Shown here piece by piece: positions 20,250-29,918 of a stretch of 64,000 bases of DNA. The notes beneath the pieces are model-generated. The model ran no database searches. It worked only from the letters and a program-made list of their open reading frames with translations, and was not told the DNA's origin. Positions within the stretch are counted from its first letter, which is position 1, and each line of letters starts with the position of its first letter. The stretch comes from Patescibacteria group bacterium. Lineage in GTDB: Bacteria; Patescibacteriota; Patescibacteriia; PEXW01. The position numbers and the translations under genes are program-made. The stretch lies in the NCBI GenBank assembly GCA_041665345.1, contig JBAYJA010000001.1, positions 521,206 through 585,205 of the forward strand, written 5' to 3'.

Positions 20250-21035
20250 ATGTGCTTGTTTAAGAGAGTCTACGTAAACGGCCAGCAGGCCACAGTGGCT
20301 CAGGATGGTTTCTTTGAGACCGACCTACGCGGACCGCTGGACATCAGTGTTGCGGTTTTACCGACTGCAGCACAAGCTGCCCGGAGTTTCGCCTTCTCAA
20401 TAACTGGGCGTGAAAAGGTTATCACACTTCGGGATTGGGTCGTGGAAGACGAAGTGGTTAGTGTTGAGTTCACCGTAAAGCTGAACGCTCAAGGCGTTCC
20501 AGCATATCCGGATAACCATATCAAGGTGTTTGCCATTGGCTCGGATGGAGACTTCTCGGTGTACGAAATTTCCGTGGTACGACAGGAAGACCGATTCTTC
20601 CTATGCCAGCAGGTTACCCACCGCGGAACTTGCTACCGTGACCAGGAAGGTCTGGTACGCTGCCCGTACTTCTCGCAAGGCATCCACCAGTGGACCGCGC
20701 TCATGCCGTACATCGAGAACCTAGCCAAAAAGTTCGTCAAGGTTCTCCCGCCCATCAGCGCATACCACGAGCCAAGAGAGCTACTCATTTCGCCGAAGAA
20801 TGGTCATGGTTACGTTTGTTGGTTCAACATTGCCATGGGTGTCGGCGTTGCCAAAGTCCGTTTGGATGGAGAAGTGCAGTCAGTGAAAATTTACTGGCGG
20901 CATATCACCAACCGAACCAATAACGGTCTTCGGTACGTGCCTGAGAGTTCGGTCATTACGTACCAGCACATTCAACTGGTACCCAACCCCAAGGGCCTCT
21001 CTCACCAACTCATTGGTGTGAAGTTGGCCGCTTAA
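20250..21035 (+). CDS. Hypothetical protein with possible C-terminal cold-shock/OB-like domain
   Basis: GYVCWFNIAMGVG resembles the CSD G.VKWFN..KGFG; AGGAG SD. Confidence 0.6.
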   Translation: MCLFKRVYVNGQQATVAQDGFFETDLRGPLDISVAVLPTAAQAARSFAFSITGREKVITLRDWVVEDEVVSVEFTVKLNAQGVPAYPDNHIKVFAIGSDGDFSVYEISVVRQEDRFFLCQQVTHRGTCYRDQEGLVRCPYFSQGIHQWTALMPYIENLAKKFVKVLPPISAYHEPRELLISPKNGHGYVCWFNIAMGVGVAKVRLDGEVQSVKIYWRHITNRTNNGLRYVPESSVITYQHIQLVPNPKGLSHQLIGVKLAA

Positions 21036-21154
21036 GTCGCACATTTATTTTCGGAACCGGGTACGAGCCTCACAACCTCGTACCCTCCTTCCTCCAGCGG
21101 TTTTCAAATAACCCTTGAAGGAAGGAATAGAAAATCAACAAATAGGAGAAAAAA

Positions 21155-21661
21155 ATGGAGAACATTACAAATCATTTCATTGCCATGTACGTAGTCGTGG
21201 GTCTGATATTTTTCGTACTTCTTGTTCTGACAATCCGATCTTTTCTTTTCATGAGGAAGCGTTTGAAAGATCGCTGTTACGAGGCACACTGTTACGCTCT
21301 GGAAATGCTCCTCTCTTTGCGAGGCACTGAGATTATGCCTGCAACGCTTGAATGGCACCAGAAGTGTCTAATACTTCTGGAGTCACACCCCTCAATCCCA
21401 GAGTACTTCCGGACGTCAGGTATTGGACCAAGAACATCATCGTTGATGATCTGCTGCATTCGGATCCAAACCTTAAGCGCAATGTACCAACGAACGATGC
21501 AATTCCTAGTGAGAGAGGGACTCTCACAAGAGATGATTGACAGTACACAAAAGCGGTTCGAACAGGAATTTGCCGATACCGAAAAGGTTTTGCAAGAAAA
21601 AGGTTATGCGTACGATATTCAACCAATGCGTCACGCGCTTGCACACGTACTCGGCATTTAA
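21155..21661 (+). CDS. Hypothetical protein with N-terminal TM helix
   Basis: Hydrophobic N-terminus, AGGAG SD. Confidence 0.65.
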   Translation: MENITNHFIAMYVVVGLIFFVLLVLTIRSFLFMRKRLKDRCYEAHCYALEMLLSLRGTEIMPATLEWHQKCLILLESHPSIPEYFRTSGIGPRTSSLMICCIRIQTLSAMYQRTMQFLVREGLSQEMIDSTQKRFEQEFADTEKVLQEKGYAYDIQPMRHALAHVLGI

Positions 21662-21870
21662 GTGTAACTTCATCAAAGGCAGTACATTCGTCTCGTTCTT
21701 TCCATGACACGGTCCCTCCTGGATCGTGTTTTGCTATCTGCTGACCCCGCATACGTTAAAGTAATATGCAGCTGCGGGGTTTCGCTCTGCCTTTGCCTCT
21801 TTCATTACAGGCATTATTTGGCGGAGCTCAACTTGCCTTTGGCAGGGTTTTTCGCGTACACTAGGCACAC

Positions 21871-23715
21871 ATGCAGCTGAAGGATATTCGTTCAAAATTC
21901 TTGCATTTCTTTGAAACGCGGAAGCACCGGGTGATATTGTCGTCCTCGCTCATTCCCGCAAATGACCCATCCGTTTTGCTCACCACTGCGGGTATGCAGC
22001 AGTTCAAGCCATACATGCTGGGGGAGCGGGATCCCAAGGCAGACTTGGGTGGCCGCCGGTTCACCAGCGTGCAGAAGTGCTTCCGCACCTCGGACATTGA
22101 CGAAGTGGGGGATGCCACGCACCTAACCTTCTTTGAAATGCTGGGGAACTTTAGCGTGGGGGATTACTTCAAGAAAGAAGCCATTGCCTACGCCTGGGAA
22201 TTTTGCACAAAAGTGGCACACGTCGCTGAAGACCGGATGTGGGCAACGTACTTCCACGGGGATGACGTGCGGGTGAAGAAAGTGAAAACGCACTTACCTG
22301 CCGACAGTGAATCAGCCAAGCTCTGGCAGCAGTACTTGCCCAAGGAACGCATTGCTGGGTACGGGCATGATGCAAACTTCTGGGGTCCACCCGGCCAGAC
22401 TGGCCCTTGCGGCCCGTGTACGGAAATCCACATTGACCGGACGGGTACGCCGTGTGACTTGGGGGCCAAGTGCTTGCCCAATTGCAATTGTGGTCGGTTC
22501 CTGGAAGTCTGGAATTTGGTACTTATGCAGTATGAGAAGAATGCTGAGGGCGCGTATATTGAATTGCCCATGAAGAATATTGACACGGGTATGGGTTTGG
22601 AACGCTTGGCTATGATCTTGCAGGGGAAGGACAGCGTTTTCCAAACCGAAGCGTTCGCACATATTATTGACGTGGTGAAAGCCGACCCGCACTTCGCGTT
22701 GACGGGTGTTGATGTGGAAGATGTGCGCCGCTTGCGCATTGTCTCAGACCACTTGAAGGCCGCGATCTTCCTCCGCGCGGATGAAGTGCGTTTTAGTAAC
22801 AAAGAGCAGGGTTACATTCTGCGCCGCATTTTTCGCCGAGCCTGTGACCAGTACCTCCACCCAAATCCAGATTTGTCAGCAGTCTTTGATGCGGTGGCGA
22901 AAGAGTACGGGCATGCCTACCCCGAGCTGGAGCAGAAGCGCCAAGCGATTTTGGAAGACTTCCAAAAAGAGTATGGGAATTATGAGAAAGTCCGGCTCAT
23001 GGATATTGGCAAACTGGTAAAGCAGTTGCCGCGGGACCATGTCCTTGGGCAAGTGGAAACGCCGCAAGGGGAGTCCCACATCCAAATTACTGGCAAAGCA
23101 GCCGTCCAATTGTTCACGACCTACGGCACGTCCGTGGATCAGTTGCGCCAAAAAGGCTTTGCCTTTGACCAGGCAGACTTTGAAATTGAACTGGACAAGC
23201 ATCGCGGTGTGTCCCGCGCCGGCGCCACCAGCAAATTTGGCGGCCATGGTTTGTACAGCGCTGATTTGACGGACGAGGAACGAAAAATTGCCACGCGGTT
23301 GCACACGGCCACCCACTTGCTGCAGCAAGCTCTGCGCGACGTACTGGGTCCAGAGGTGCAGCAGGACGGGTCAGACATTACCCCAGAGCGTTTACGTTTT
23401 GACTTCCGTTACCCCCAGAAAATGACGCCAGAGCAGATTCTCCAGGTGGAAACCATTGTGAACGCCAAAATCAAGGAAGACTTACCTGTGGAAAAACAGG
23501 AAATGCCCATCAAAGACGCCCTCGCAGCCGGGGCTTTAGCTTTTTTCAAAGAGAAGTACCCAGAGAAGGTTACGGTCTATTCTGTGGGAAATTACTCCAA
23601 GGAACTCTGTGGCGGCCCGCACGTGACGCATACGGGGGAGCTGGGCAGCTTTAAGATCCAGTCGGAGAAGTCAGTTTCCGCCGGGGTACGGCGGATAAAG
23701 GCAGTGGTTGGGTAG
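21871..23715 (+). CDS. alaS: Alanyl-tRNA synthetase, short form lacking C-Ala
   Basis: TTAGMQQFKP, HLTFFEMLGNFS, GPCGPC, DTGMGLER, editing HTATH and ELCGGPH; ends right after GVRRI. Confidence 0.97.
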   Translation: MQLKDIRSKFLHFFETRKHRVILSSSLIPANDPSVLLTTAGMQQFKPYMLGERDPKADLGGRRFTSVQKCFRTSDIDEVGDATHLTFFEMLGNFSVGDYFKKEAIAYAWEFCTKVAHVAEDRMWATYFHGDDVRVKKVKTHLPADSESAKLWQQYLPKERIAGYGHDANFWGPPGQTGPCGPCTEIHIDRTGTPCDLGAKCLPNCNCGRFLEVWNLVLMQYEKNAEGAYIELPMKNIDTGMGLERLAMILQGKDSVFQTEAFAHIIDVVKADPHFALTGVDVEDVRRLRIVSDHLKAAIFLRADEVRFSNKEQGYILRRIFRRACDQYLHPNPDLSAVFDAVAKEYGHAYPELEQKRQAILEDFQKEYGNYEKVRLMDIGKLVKQLPRDHVLGQVETPQGESHIQITGKAAVQLFTTYGTSVDQLRQKGFAFDQADFEIELDKHRGVSRAGATSKFGGHGLYSADLTDEERKIATRLHTATHLLQQALRDVLGPEVQQDGSDITPERLRFDFRYPQKMTPEQILQVETIVNAKIKEDLPVEKQEMPIKDALAAGALAFFKEKYPEKVTVYSVGNYSKELCGGPHVTHTGELGSFKIQSEKSVSAGVRRIKAVVG

Positions 23716-23769
23716 TTGTAAAGCCATAGAGCGGTAAAGCTGTAGAGATCCTGGAAGCCTGCAACAATC

Positions 23770-23845
23770 TGTCATTGCGAGGAACGAGTCTTTCACCGCC
23801 TTGGCGGGACCCCGCTGCTGCGGTGGCGAGTGACGTGGCAATCCC
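23770..23845. repeat. REP-like palindromic element (GTCATTGCGAG...GTGGCAATCCC) with nested GC-rich hairpins
   Basis: TTGC..GCAA arms; internal CCGCCTTGGCGG and CCGCTGCTGCGG. Confidence 0.6.
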
Positions 23846-23951
23846 GCTGTCATACGGAACCAAGATGACTCTCTGGCTCGTGACCAACAATCCACGCACC
23901 CTGGAGAGGGTGCTCTGGTTGTGCACCACCTTGTCACCTCCATTAGGGTTA

Positions 23952-23988
23952 CCTCCCCTACCCCCTCCTTCGAAAGGGGGGGGGAGGA
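23952..23988. repeat. C-run/G-run palindromic element
   Basis: CCTCCCCTACCCCCTCCTTCGAAAGGGGGGGGGAGG. Confidence 0.5.
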
Positions 23989-24153
23989 GTTTGTTTAAGT
24001 AAGCCATACCCCCCGTATCGAGATACGTTACACGGATGACGGCAATCGTTAAAGAATCAAGCAATTGTAACCCAACCTTTTACGAAATCCTATGCCCATT
24101 GCCGATACGGGTTGCGATACCGTTACCCGTATTCCATTCCTCCACCCCAGCCC

Positions 24154-24182
24154 TTGACGTCCCTCCAGCGGTCTGGTACAGT
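24154..24182 (+). promoter_or_regulatory. Promoter of the infA-rpmJ-rpsM operon
   Basis: TTGACG-17-TACAGT with extended TG. Confidence 0.65.
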
Positions 24183-24349
24183 CCACTGGTAGCTGTTTTA
24201 TTCTCTACAACCTGGTCTCTGTTGCGCTCGCCCTTGTCCTGATGCTGCTGTGTACTGACTATCCCATCTTTGTATTGGGAGGTAGTTGCACAGTACCGTC
24301 CTCGGTGTTTTCGGACGGGTGTTTGCCTGACCCAGGAACTTTCCACCGC

Positions 24350-24622
24350 ATGGCTCGATTCCGCCGAAAACCCCAAGATGGACTTCCCAAGCCGGAAGCA
24401 CGCGGGGTCAATAAGAAAGGTTTTTTGGAGGTTGATGGGATTATTGAAGAACTCCTGCCTTCCGCTACCTTTCGCGTCCGTTTGCAGAACGGCCACATTA
24501 TTCTGGCGCACCTCTCCGGCCGCATGCGCATGAACAAGATTAAAATTCTCCCCGGGGACTCGGTGATTCTGGAAATGACCCCCTACGACCTGCACAAGGG
24601 TCGGATTACCTACCGCAAGTAA
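24350..24622 (+). CDS. infA: Translation initiation factor IF-1
   Basis: [37 protein letters not shown]...[11 protein letters not shown]. Confidence 0.95.
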   Translation: MARFRRKPQDGLPKPEARGVNKKGFLEVDGIIEELLPSATFRVRLQNGHIILAHLSGRMRMNKIKILPGDSVILEMTPYDLHKGRITYRK

Positions 24623-24630
24623 TTTCCTGT

Positions 24631-24744
24631 ATGAAAGTTCGCGCCTCTGTTAAACCCATTTGCATGAAATGCCGCGTCATTCGACGGGGCAAGAAGCTGC
24701 TGGTCATTTGCAGTAACCCCAAGCATAAGCAACGTCAAGGCTAA
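24631..24744 (+). CDS. rpmJ: 50S ribosomal protein L36 (not in ORF track)
   Basis: Translated by hand: [37 protein letters not shown]. Confidence 0.97.
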   Translation: MKVRASVKPICMKCRVIRRGKKLLVICSNPKHKQRQG

Positions 24745-24747
24745 TCT

Positions 24748-25137
24748 ATGGCTGCACGTATCGCCGGTGTCACCCTTCCAAATAAACCCATCCGCATTGC
24801 CTTGCGGTACATTTATGGCATTGGGCCCACCCTGGCTGAGCGGATTTTGGCTGAGGCAAAAGTGAATCCCCAGACGCGGACCAATGATCTGAGTGATACG
24901 GACGTGAACAAGTTGCGTGAACTGGTGGAAAAAGGCCACAAGGTAGAAGGGGATCTGCGACGTGACATTCTCATGAACATCAAGCGTTTGAAAGAAATCA
25001 ACTCGCACCGGGGCATGCGCCACGCGCGCAACTTGCCGGTTCGCGGCCAACGCACCAAGACCAATTCCCGCACCACGCGTGGTAACGTCCGCCGCACCAT
25101 GGGCAGTGGCCGCAAACCTTCAGCAGAAAAGACCTAA
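24748..25137 (+). CDS. rpsM: 30S ribosomal protein S13
   Basis: ARIAGV, IYGIG, RHARNLPVRGQRTKTNSRT. Confidence 0.98.
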   Translation: MAARIAGVTLPNKPIRIALRYIYGIGPTLAERILAEAKVNPQTRTNDLSDTDVNKLRELVEKGHKVEGDLRRDILMNIKRLKEINSHRGMRHARNLPVRGQRTKTNSRTTRGNVRRTMGSGRKPSAEKT

Positions 25138-25146
25138 CCCGCCTCT

Positions 25147-25614
25147 ATGTCTGACGACCAAGCAAAAGTCTTACCCGAATTTAGCACCGAACTTCCCGGC
25201 GCTCCTGTTGCACCTGAGGTGGAAGCCACGGCTCCAGCCAAAAAGAAGCGCAAGAAGTCCAAGAAGTTCGTGCAGCACGGCATTGCTTTTGTGCAAGCCA
25301 CCTACAACAACACCATTGTGAGCATTGCGGATTTGAATGGGAACGTCATTGGCTGGCGCTCTGCCGGCGCCGCAGGTTTTCGCGGCCCCAAGAAGGGCAC
25401 ACCGTACGCCGCCGGGGTGATTGTTCGCCAGCTCATGGAGAAGATTAAGGACGTGGGGTTGCGCCAGGTGGATGTCCGCGTCAAAGGCATTGGCAGTGGC
25501 CGGGAAGCCGCGATCCGCGCCCTGGTTGGCAATGGTTTAGCAATTACGTCAATCAAAGATGTCACGCCCATTCCGCACAACGGTGTTCGGGCACCTAAAG
25601 TTCGCCGCGTCTAA
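25147..25614 (+). CDS. rpsK: 30S ribosomal protein S11
   Basis: ATYNNTIV, GTPYAA, DVTPIPHNG. Confidence 0.98.
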   Translation: MSDDQAKVLPEFSTELPGAPVAPEVEATAPAKKKRKKSKKFVQHGIAFVQATYNNTIVSIADLNGNVIGWRSAGAAGFRGPKKGTPYAAGVIVRQLMEKIKDVGLRQVDVRVKGIGSGREAAIRALVGNGLAITSIKDVTPIPHNGVRAPKVRRV

Positions 25615-25622
25615 CACTTCTT

Positions 25623-26231
25623 ATGGCTCGTACTCTTGGTCCAAAACATAAGCGCTGCCGTCGGTACGGCGTGAAACTCTGCGACGCTGCGAAGTGTCCA
25701 GTCACCCGTCGTCCCTACCCAACCGGGCAGCACGGCCCCAAGGGCGCGTCCCGCATGTCCGAGTATGGCACCCAGCTGGCCGAGAAGCAGAAAGCCCGCG
25801 CCATCTACGGTTTGCTGGAACGGCAATTTTCAAACTACTTTGTGAAAGCCAAGCGGAAGAAAGGCGACACTGGCCAGCACTTGCTGCAGCTCCTGGAGCG
25901 CCGGCTGGACAATGCCGTGTTCCGCGCTGGCTTTGCCGCCACGCACGCCCAGGCCCGGCAGTACGTGGGCCACGGCATGGTCATGGTGAATGGCAAGCGC
26001 GTCACCATTCCTTCCTTCAGCCTGAAAGTTGGCGAAGTGATTACCCTCAAACCCACGGCCCGGGTGAAAGCCCAGGTGCAGGAACGTTTGAAAGGCGTGC
26101 ACGAAGCCGTGCCTACCTGGTTGACCGTGGACATGGAAAAAGTGTCAGCCACGCTGGCTCGGCTCCCCGAACGGGATGACGTGCAGCAGCCGCTCAACAT
26201 GCAGCTCATCGTCGAATTTTACTCTCGCTAG
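25623..26231 (+). CDS. rpsD: 30S ribosomal protein S4
   Basis: SEYGTQLAEKQK, LERRLDN, ARQYVGHG, IVEFYSR. Confidence 0.98.
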   Translation: MARTLGPKHKRCRRYGVKLCDAAKCPVTRRPYPTGQHGPKGASRMSEYGTQLAEKQKARAIYGLLERQFSNYFVKAKRKKGDTGQHLLQLLERRLDNAVFRAGFAATHAQARQYVGHGMVMVNGKRVTIPSFSLKVGEVITLKPTARVKAQVQERLKGVHEAVPTWLTVDMEKVSATLARLPERDDVQQPLNMQLIVEFYSR

Positions 26232-26249
26232 TTCGTTTACGAAACGCTT

Positions 26250-27023
26250 ATGGAACGCATCCAACTCCCATCCAAAATTTCCTTCACCGACACCGAGCCC
26301 AACGTTACGGACGTGGTCATTGAACCATGCTTCCCTGGCTACGGCACCACGCTGGGCAATGCCCTGCGTCGCGTCCTCCTGTCCTCGTTACCTGGCGCTG
26401 CAATTACCGCGGTGAAGATTACCAATGCCACGCATGAATTTGCCACAGTTCCACATGTGAAAGAAGACGTGGTGGACCTCATTTTGAACCTCAAAGGCGT
26501 ACGCTTGGCTGTGCACGAAGGGGAAGGCGGCACCGTGATGCTGAAGGTGAAGGGTGAGAAGGTTGCAACCGCTGGGGACATTAAGTGCCCAGCCAACATT
26601 GAAATCCGCAACCCTGAGCATGTCATTGCTACCCTAACCGACAAAGCTGCCGATTTGGAAATTGAGTGCACGGTTGGCGTTGGCCGTGGGTACGTCCCCG
26701 TGGAGCAGCGCGAGAAAGAGCGGTTGGATCTGGGCGTGATTGCTGTGGATGCGATTTACACTCCAGTGCGCAATGTGAACTTTGCCGTGGAGCACGTCCG
26801 CGTTGGCCAAATGACCAACTACGACAAAGTGACATTGACCATCCGCACGGACGGTACCATCACCCCCGCAGCTGCCTTTGGTGATGCCACGCATATCCTG
26901 GTTGACCACTTCCAACATTTGCTCGAGTCCGTTCCTGCTGTTGCGGTTGCTGAAGTAGCAGACGAAAAACCTGCGAAGAAAAAGAAAGCAACCAAGAAAG
27001 AGAAAGCTGAAGACGCTGAATAA
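26250..27023 (+). CDS. rpoA: RNA polymerase alpha subunit, NTD only
   Basis: GYGTTLGNALRRVLLSSLPG, VKEDV, DAIYTPV; 257 aa ending in a charged tail. Confidence 0.97.
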   Translation: MERIQLPSKISFTDTEPNVTDVVIEPCFPGYGTTLGNALRRVLLSSLPGAAITAVKITNATHEFATVPHVKEDVVDLILNLKGVRLAVHEGEGGTVMLKVKGEKVATAGDIKCPANIEIRNPEHVIATLTDKAADLEIECTVGVGRGYVPVEQREKERLDLGVIAVDAIYTPVRNVNFAVEHVRVGQMTNYDKVTLTIRTDGTITPAAAFGDATHILVDHFQHLLESVPAVAVAEVADEKPAKKKKATKKEKAEDAE

Positions 27024-27031
27024 TATTTTGT

Positions 27032-27382
27032 ATGCGCCACCGGAAGACCCGTCCCACTCTTGATCGAAAAGCTGCACCACGCAACGCCATGTTGCGCCAG
27101 ATGGTGGCGAGTGTTGTGCTGACCGGACGGATTGTGAGCACCACGGCTAAAGTCCGCGCGGTGCAACCTCTAGTGGAGCGCGCCGTGACCACGGCGAAGA
27201 GCAACACCCTGGCTGCCCGGCGTCAGCTTATGCGCACCTTGCCGGAAGCTGCAGTCAACAAACTCCTTACCACCTGGGGCCCCAAGTTCAAAGAGCGCAA
27301 AGGCGGCTACACTCGCCGCATGCTCATTGGCCAACGCCAAGGCGACGGCGGCCACCAGGCAATGCTTGAATTCATCGACTAA
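27032..27382 (+). CDS. rplQ: 50S ribosomal protein L17
   Basis: MRHRK, ERKGGYTR, RQGDG. Confidence 0.96.
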   Translation: MRHRKTRPTLDRKAAPRNAMLRQMVASVVLTGRIVSTTAKVRAVQPLVERAVTTAKSNTLAARRQLMRTLPEAAVNKLLTTWGPKFKERKGGYTRRMLIGQRQGDGGHQAMLEFID

Positions 27383-27747
27383 TGCGTAAACCCTCACCAC
27401 CACAAACGATTGTGACTCTGGATGCCAGCGGCAAAGTCCTGGGTCGTTTTGCAACCCAAGTTGCCGTCTATCTCATGGGCAAGCACCGTCCTAGCTACCG
27501 GCCAGATGCCATTACTGGCGACCGGGTGGTGGTGGAAAATGCCAAGAAGATTATGGTGACCGGCAACAAGCTCACCCAGAAGCACTACCACCACTTCTCC
27601 GGCTACCCCGGTGGCTTGCGCAGCACCAACCTGCGAGACAAGCTTGCTAAAGATCCAACCTCCATCATCATTCTGGCCGTGAAGCGCATGCTGCCCAACA
27701 ACCGGCAGCGCGCGCTCCTGCTCAAGCGGCTCACCGTCAAACCGTAA
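27382..27747 (+). CDS. rplM: 50S ribosomal protein L13
   Basis: DASGKVLGR, LMGKH, HFSGYPGG, AVKRMLP. Confidence 0.96.
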   Translation: MRKPSPPQTIVTLDASGKVLGRFATQVAVYLMGKHRPSYRPDAITGDRVVVENAKKIMVTGNKLTQKHYHHFSGYPGGLRSTNLRDKLAKDPTSIIILAVKRMLPNNRQRALLLKRLTVKP

Positions 27748-27759
27748 ACTTTTTTCCAA

Positions 27760-28329
27760 ATGCCTACCAAAGCTACTGCCAAGCCAGCCCGCAAACCCGC
27801 CGCCAAAGCCGCGGCCAAGAAACCCACCAAGCACACTGCTGCTGGCGGGAAGATTGTGGTGAAGCGCGCGGTGAAGAAAGTAGTCCACAAAGCAGCCGTA
27901 CCAAAGGTGGAAGCGCTGCACACGGTGGCCATGCCCGCCCGGGAGGAGTACCAGTCAACAGTTGGCCGCCGCAAAACTGCGGTTGCCCGCGTGCGCTACT
28001 ACAAACTGGGTACCGGGGAAATTGTGGTAAACAACTTGCCCGTGGAAAAGTACTTTGGGTACTTTACCTGGCAAGAGCTGGCCAAGCGCCCGCTGACCAT
28101 TGCCAACTGGCAAACTGGCCGCTGGACCATCAAAGTCCAAGGCGGTGGCGTTCCCGCCCAGGCGCACGCCATGGCGCACGGCATTGCCCGCATGCTCCAA
28201 ACTCTGGACGTTGATCTGCGTGCTTCCCTCAAGAAGGCAGGCATGTTGACCCGGGATGCCCGCGTCAAAGAGCGCAAGAAGTACGGTTTGAAGCGTGCTC
28301 GCCGCGCCCCGCAGTGGCAGAAGCGTTAA
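27760..28329 (+). CDS. rpsI: 30S ribosomal protein S9 with Lys/Ala-rich N-terminal extension
   Basis: GRRKTAVARV, GGG, LTRDARVKERKKYG, PQWQKR. Confidence 0.97.
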   Translation: MPTKATAKPARKPAAKAAAKKPTKHTAAGGKIVVKRAVKKVVHKAAVPKVEALHTVAMPAREEYQSTVGRRKTAVARVRYYKLGTGEIVVNNLPVEKYFGYFTWQELAKRPLTIANWQTGRWTIKVQGGGVPAQAHAMAHGIARMLQTLDVDLRASLKKAGMLTRDARVKERKKYGLKRARRAPQWQKR

Positions 28330-28376
28330 GCTTTGCCCATGCGCCACTGGCGCACTGTCGGTGCTGGTGATTCCCT

Positions 28377-29912
28377 ATGACCAAGCCCGAACCTACAACC
28401 GAAACCAACAGCGGCCAAAGTCGCATTTTGCGGAACACGTCGTACCTGACGGGGGCTTTTGTGCTGCAGAAGGTTATCTCCTTTGTCTACTACACGGTCG
28501 TCGTCAACCACATTGGCGTGTCCCGGTCTGGGGAGTACGATCCGCTCAAGTCGCTCATTCCCATTGCCCTCATCCTCATTGACTTCTCCTTGTCCCAGGT
28601 GGTCACCCGGGAAATTGCCCGCAACCCTGGGCGGATGAAATCCATTCTGGGCAACGTGCTGGGGCTTAAGCTCCTGTTCACCCTGGTGGTCATGACTGCC
28701 TTTGGGTTTGTCACCAACTTTGGGAACTTCAGCCAGGACGTGCAGTCTTCGCTCTACCTCGTTGCGCTCATCGTTGGCTTTGACACGTTCACCCTCACGT
28801 TCTTCGCCGTGCTCCGGGGTTTGCAGAACATGAAGTACGAGGCCATGGGCATGATCATCAACCAAGTCCTGGCCGTGGGCATTGGCTACACCACCCTGCG
28901 CCTGGACCTGGGTCTGCGCGGCATTTTCTTTGCCACCCTGCTGGGTTCTGCTGCAAACTTCGCCTGGTCCACCTACGCCCTGCGCCGGTTCGCCAAAGTC
29001 TGGCCGCGGTTATACTGGGATGTGGTGCTGGTCAAAGAGTTGCTCAAACTGGCTGTCCCGTTCGCCATTGCTGCCATGCTGGTGAAAGTCTACACCTACA
29101 CCGACCGGTACTTGCTGCTCATCCAGAAGGGTTCTATTGCGGTTGGGTACTACGCCGTGGCGCACAAGTTGACGTTCGCCCTGGAGTTCCTCCCTTCCGC
29201 CTTTGCCGCGGGTTTATACCCAGCCATGAGCAATTTCTACGTAAGTTCCAAGGAGAAACTAGCTGACACCTTTGAGCGCGCAATGGTGTACATGATGATC
29301 ATTAGCGTGCCCATGTCCTTGGGCATCTTCGTGCTCGCGAGTAGCTTTGTGGGCCTGGCGTTCAAAGACTTCTTTGCTCCGTCCGCAGACCCCCTTCGGA
29401 TCCTCATCCTCAGCTTGCCGGTCATCTTCATGAACTTCCCGGTGGGTACTTTGCTGAATGCTAGCAACCGCACCCGGTTCAATACCATCAGCATGGGCAT
29501 CACTGTCTTGGTGAACCTCTCCCTCAATACGTTGCTCATCACTCGGTACTCGTACATGGGCGCAGCTGTGGCAACCTTCATTAGCGGCACCGTCTTGTTC
29601 TGCATGGGCATGTACTGGACCAAAGGGGTCATTGACGTGCCCTGGCGCCGTTTGCTGCACCGCCTGGGCCGGGTCTACCTGTCAGCGGTCGTGGCCGGCG
29701 CTGCCATTTTCCCCATCCGGAATGCATTCCCCATTTTCGTCAGCGGCCGGCGGGCTGACGTGGTGCTGTGGACCTTGCTCTTCGTCATCATCTACGTGGC
29801 CGGTCTGTTGTACTTCAAAGGTGTGAAGCGGGAAGAGCTGGCTGCCATTTGGAAAATCATTCGGCGCAAGTCTGCCATTGCCAAAGCTGACGGACCTGCA
29901 GCCGGGAAGTAG
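28377..29912 (+). CDS. Wzx-like polysaccharide flippase
   Basis: ILRNT start, many TM helices, TDRYLL, VGYYAVAHKL, LYPAMS. Confidence 0.9.
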   Translation: MTKPEPTTETNSGQSRILRNTSYLTGAFVLQKVISFVYYTVVVNHIGVSRSGEYDPLKSLIPIALILIDFSLSQVVTREIARNPGRMKSILGNVLGLKLLFTLVVMTAFGFVTNFGNFSQDVQSSLYLVALIVGFDTFTLTFFAVLRGLQNMKYEAMGMIINQVLAVGIGYTTLRLDLGLRGIFFATLLGSAANFAWSTYALRRFAKVWPRLYWDVVLVKELLKLAVPFAIAAMLVKVYTYTDRYLLLIQKGSIAVGYYAVAHKLTFALEFLPSAFAAGLYPAMSNFYVSSKEKLADTFERAMVYMMIISVPMSLGIFVLASSFVGLAFKDFFAPSADPLRILILSLPVIFMNFPVGTLLNASNRTRFNTISMGITVLVNLSLNTLLITRYSYMGAAVATFISGTVLFCMGMYWTKGVIDVPWRRLLHRLGRVYLSAVVAGAAIFPIRNAFPIFVSGRRADVVLWTLLFVIIYVAGLLYFKGVKREELAAIWKIIRRKSAIAKADGPAAGK

Positions 29913-29918
29913 ACACCC

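Noticed and set aside
21674-21870. T-box riboswitch for alaS
   Set aside because: No T-box GGTGGTACCGCG-like motif; the -10 box sits 8 nt before the ATG
23651-24242. ORFs in the alaS-infA intergenic region
   Set aside because: They are translations of palindromic repeats with no protein-like motifs
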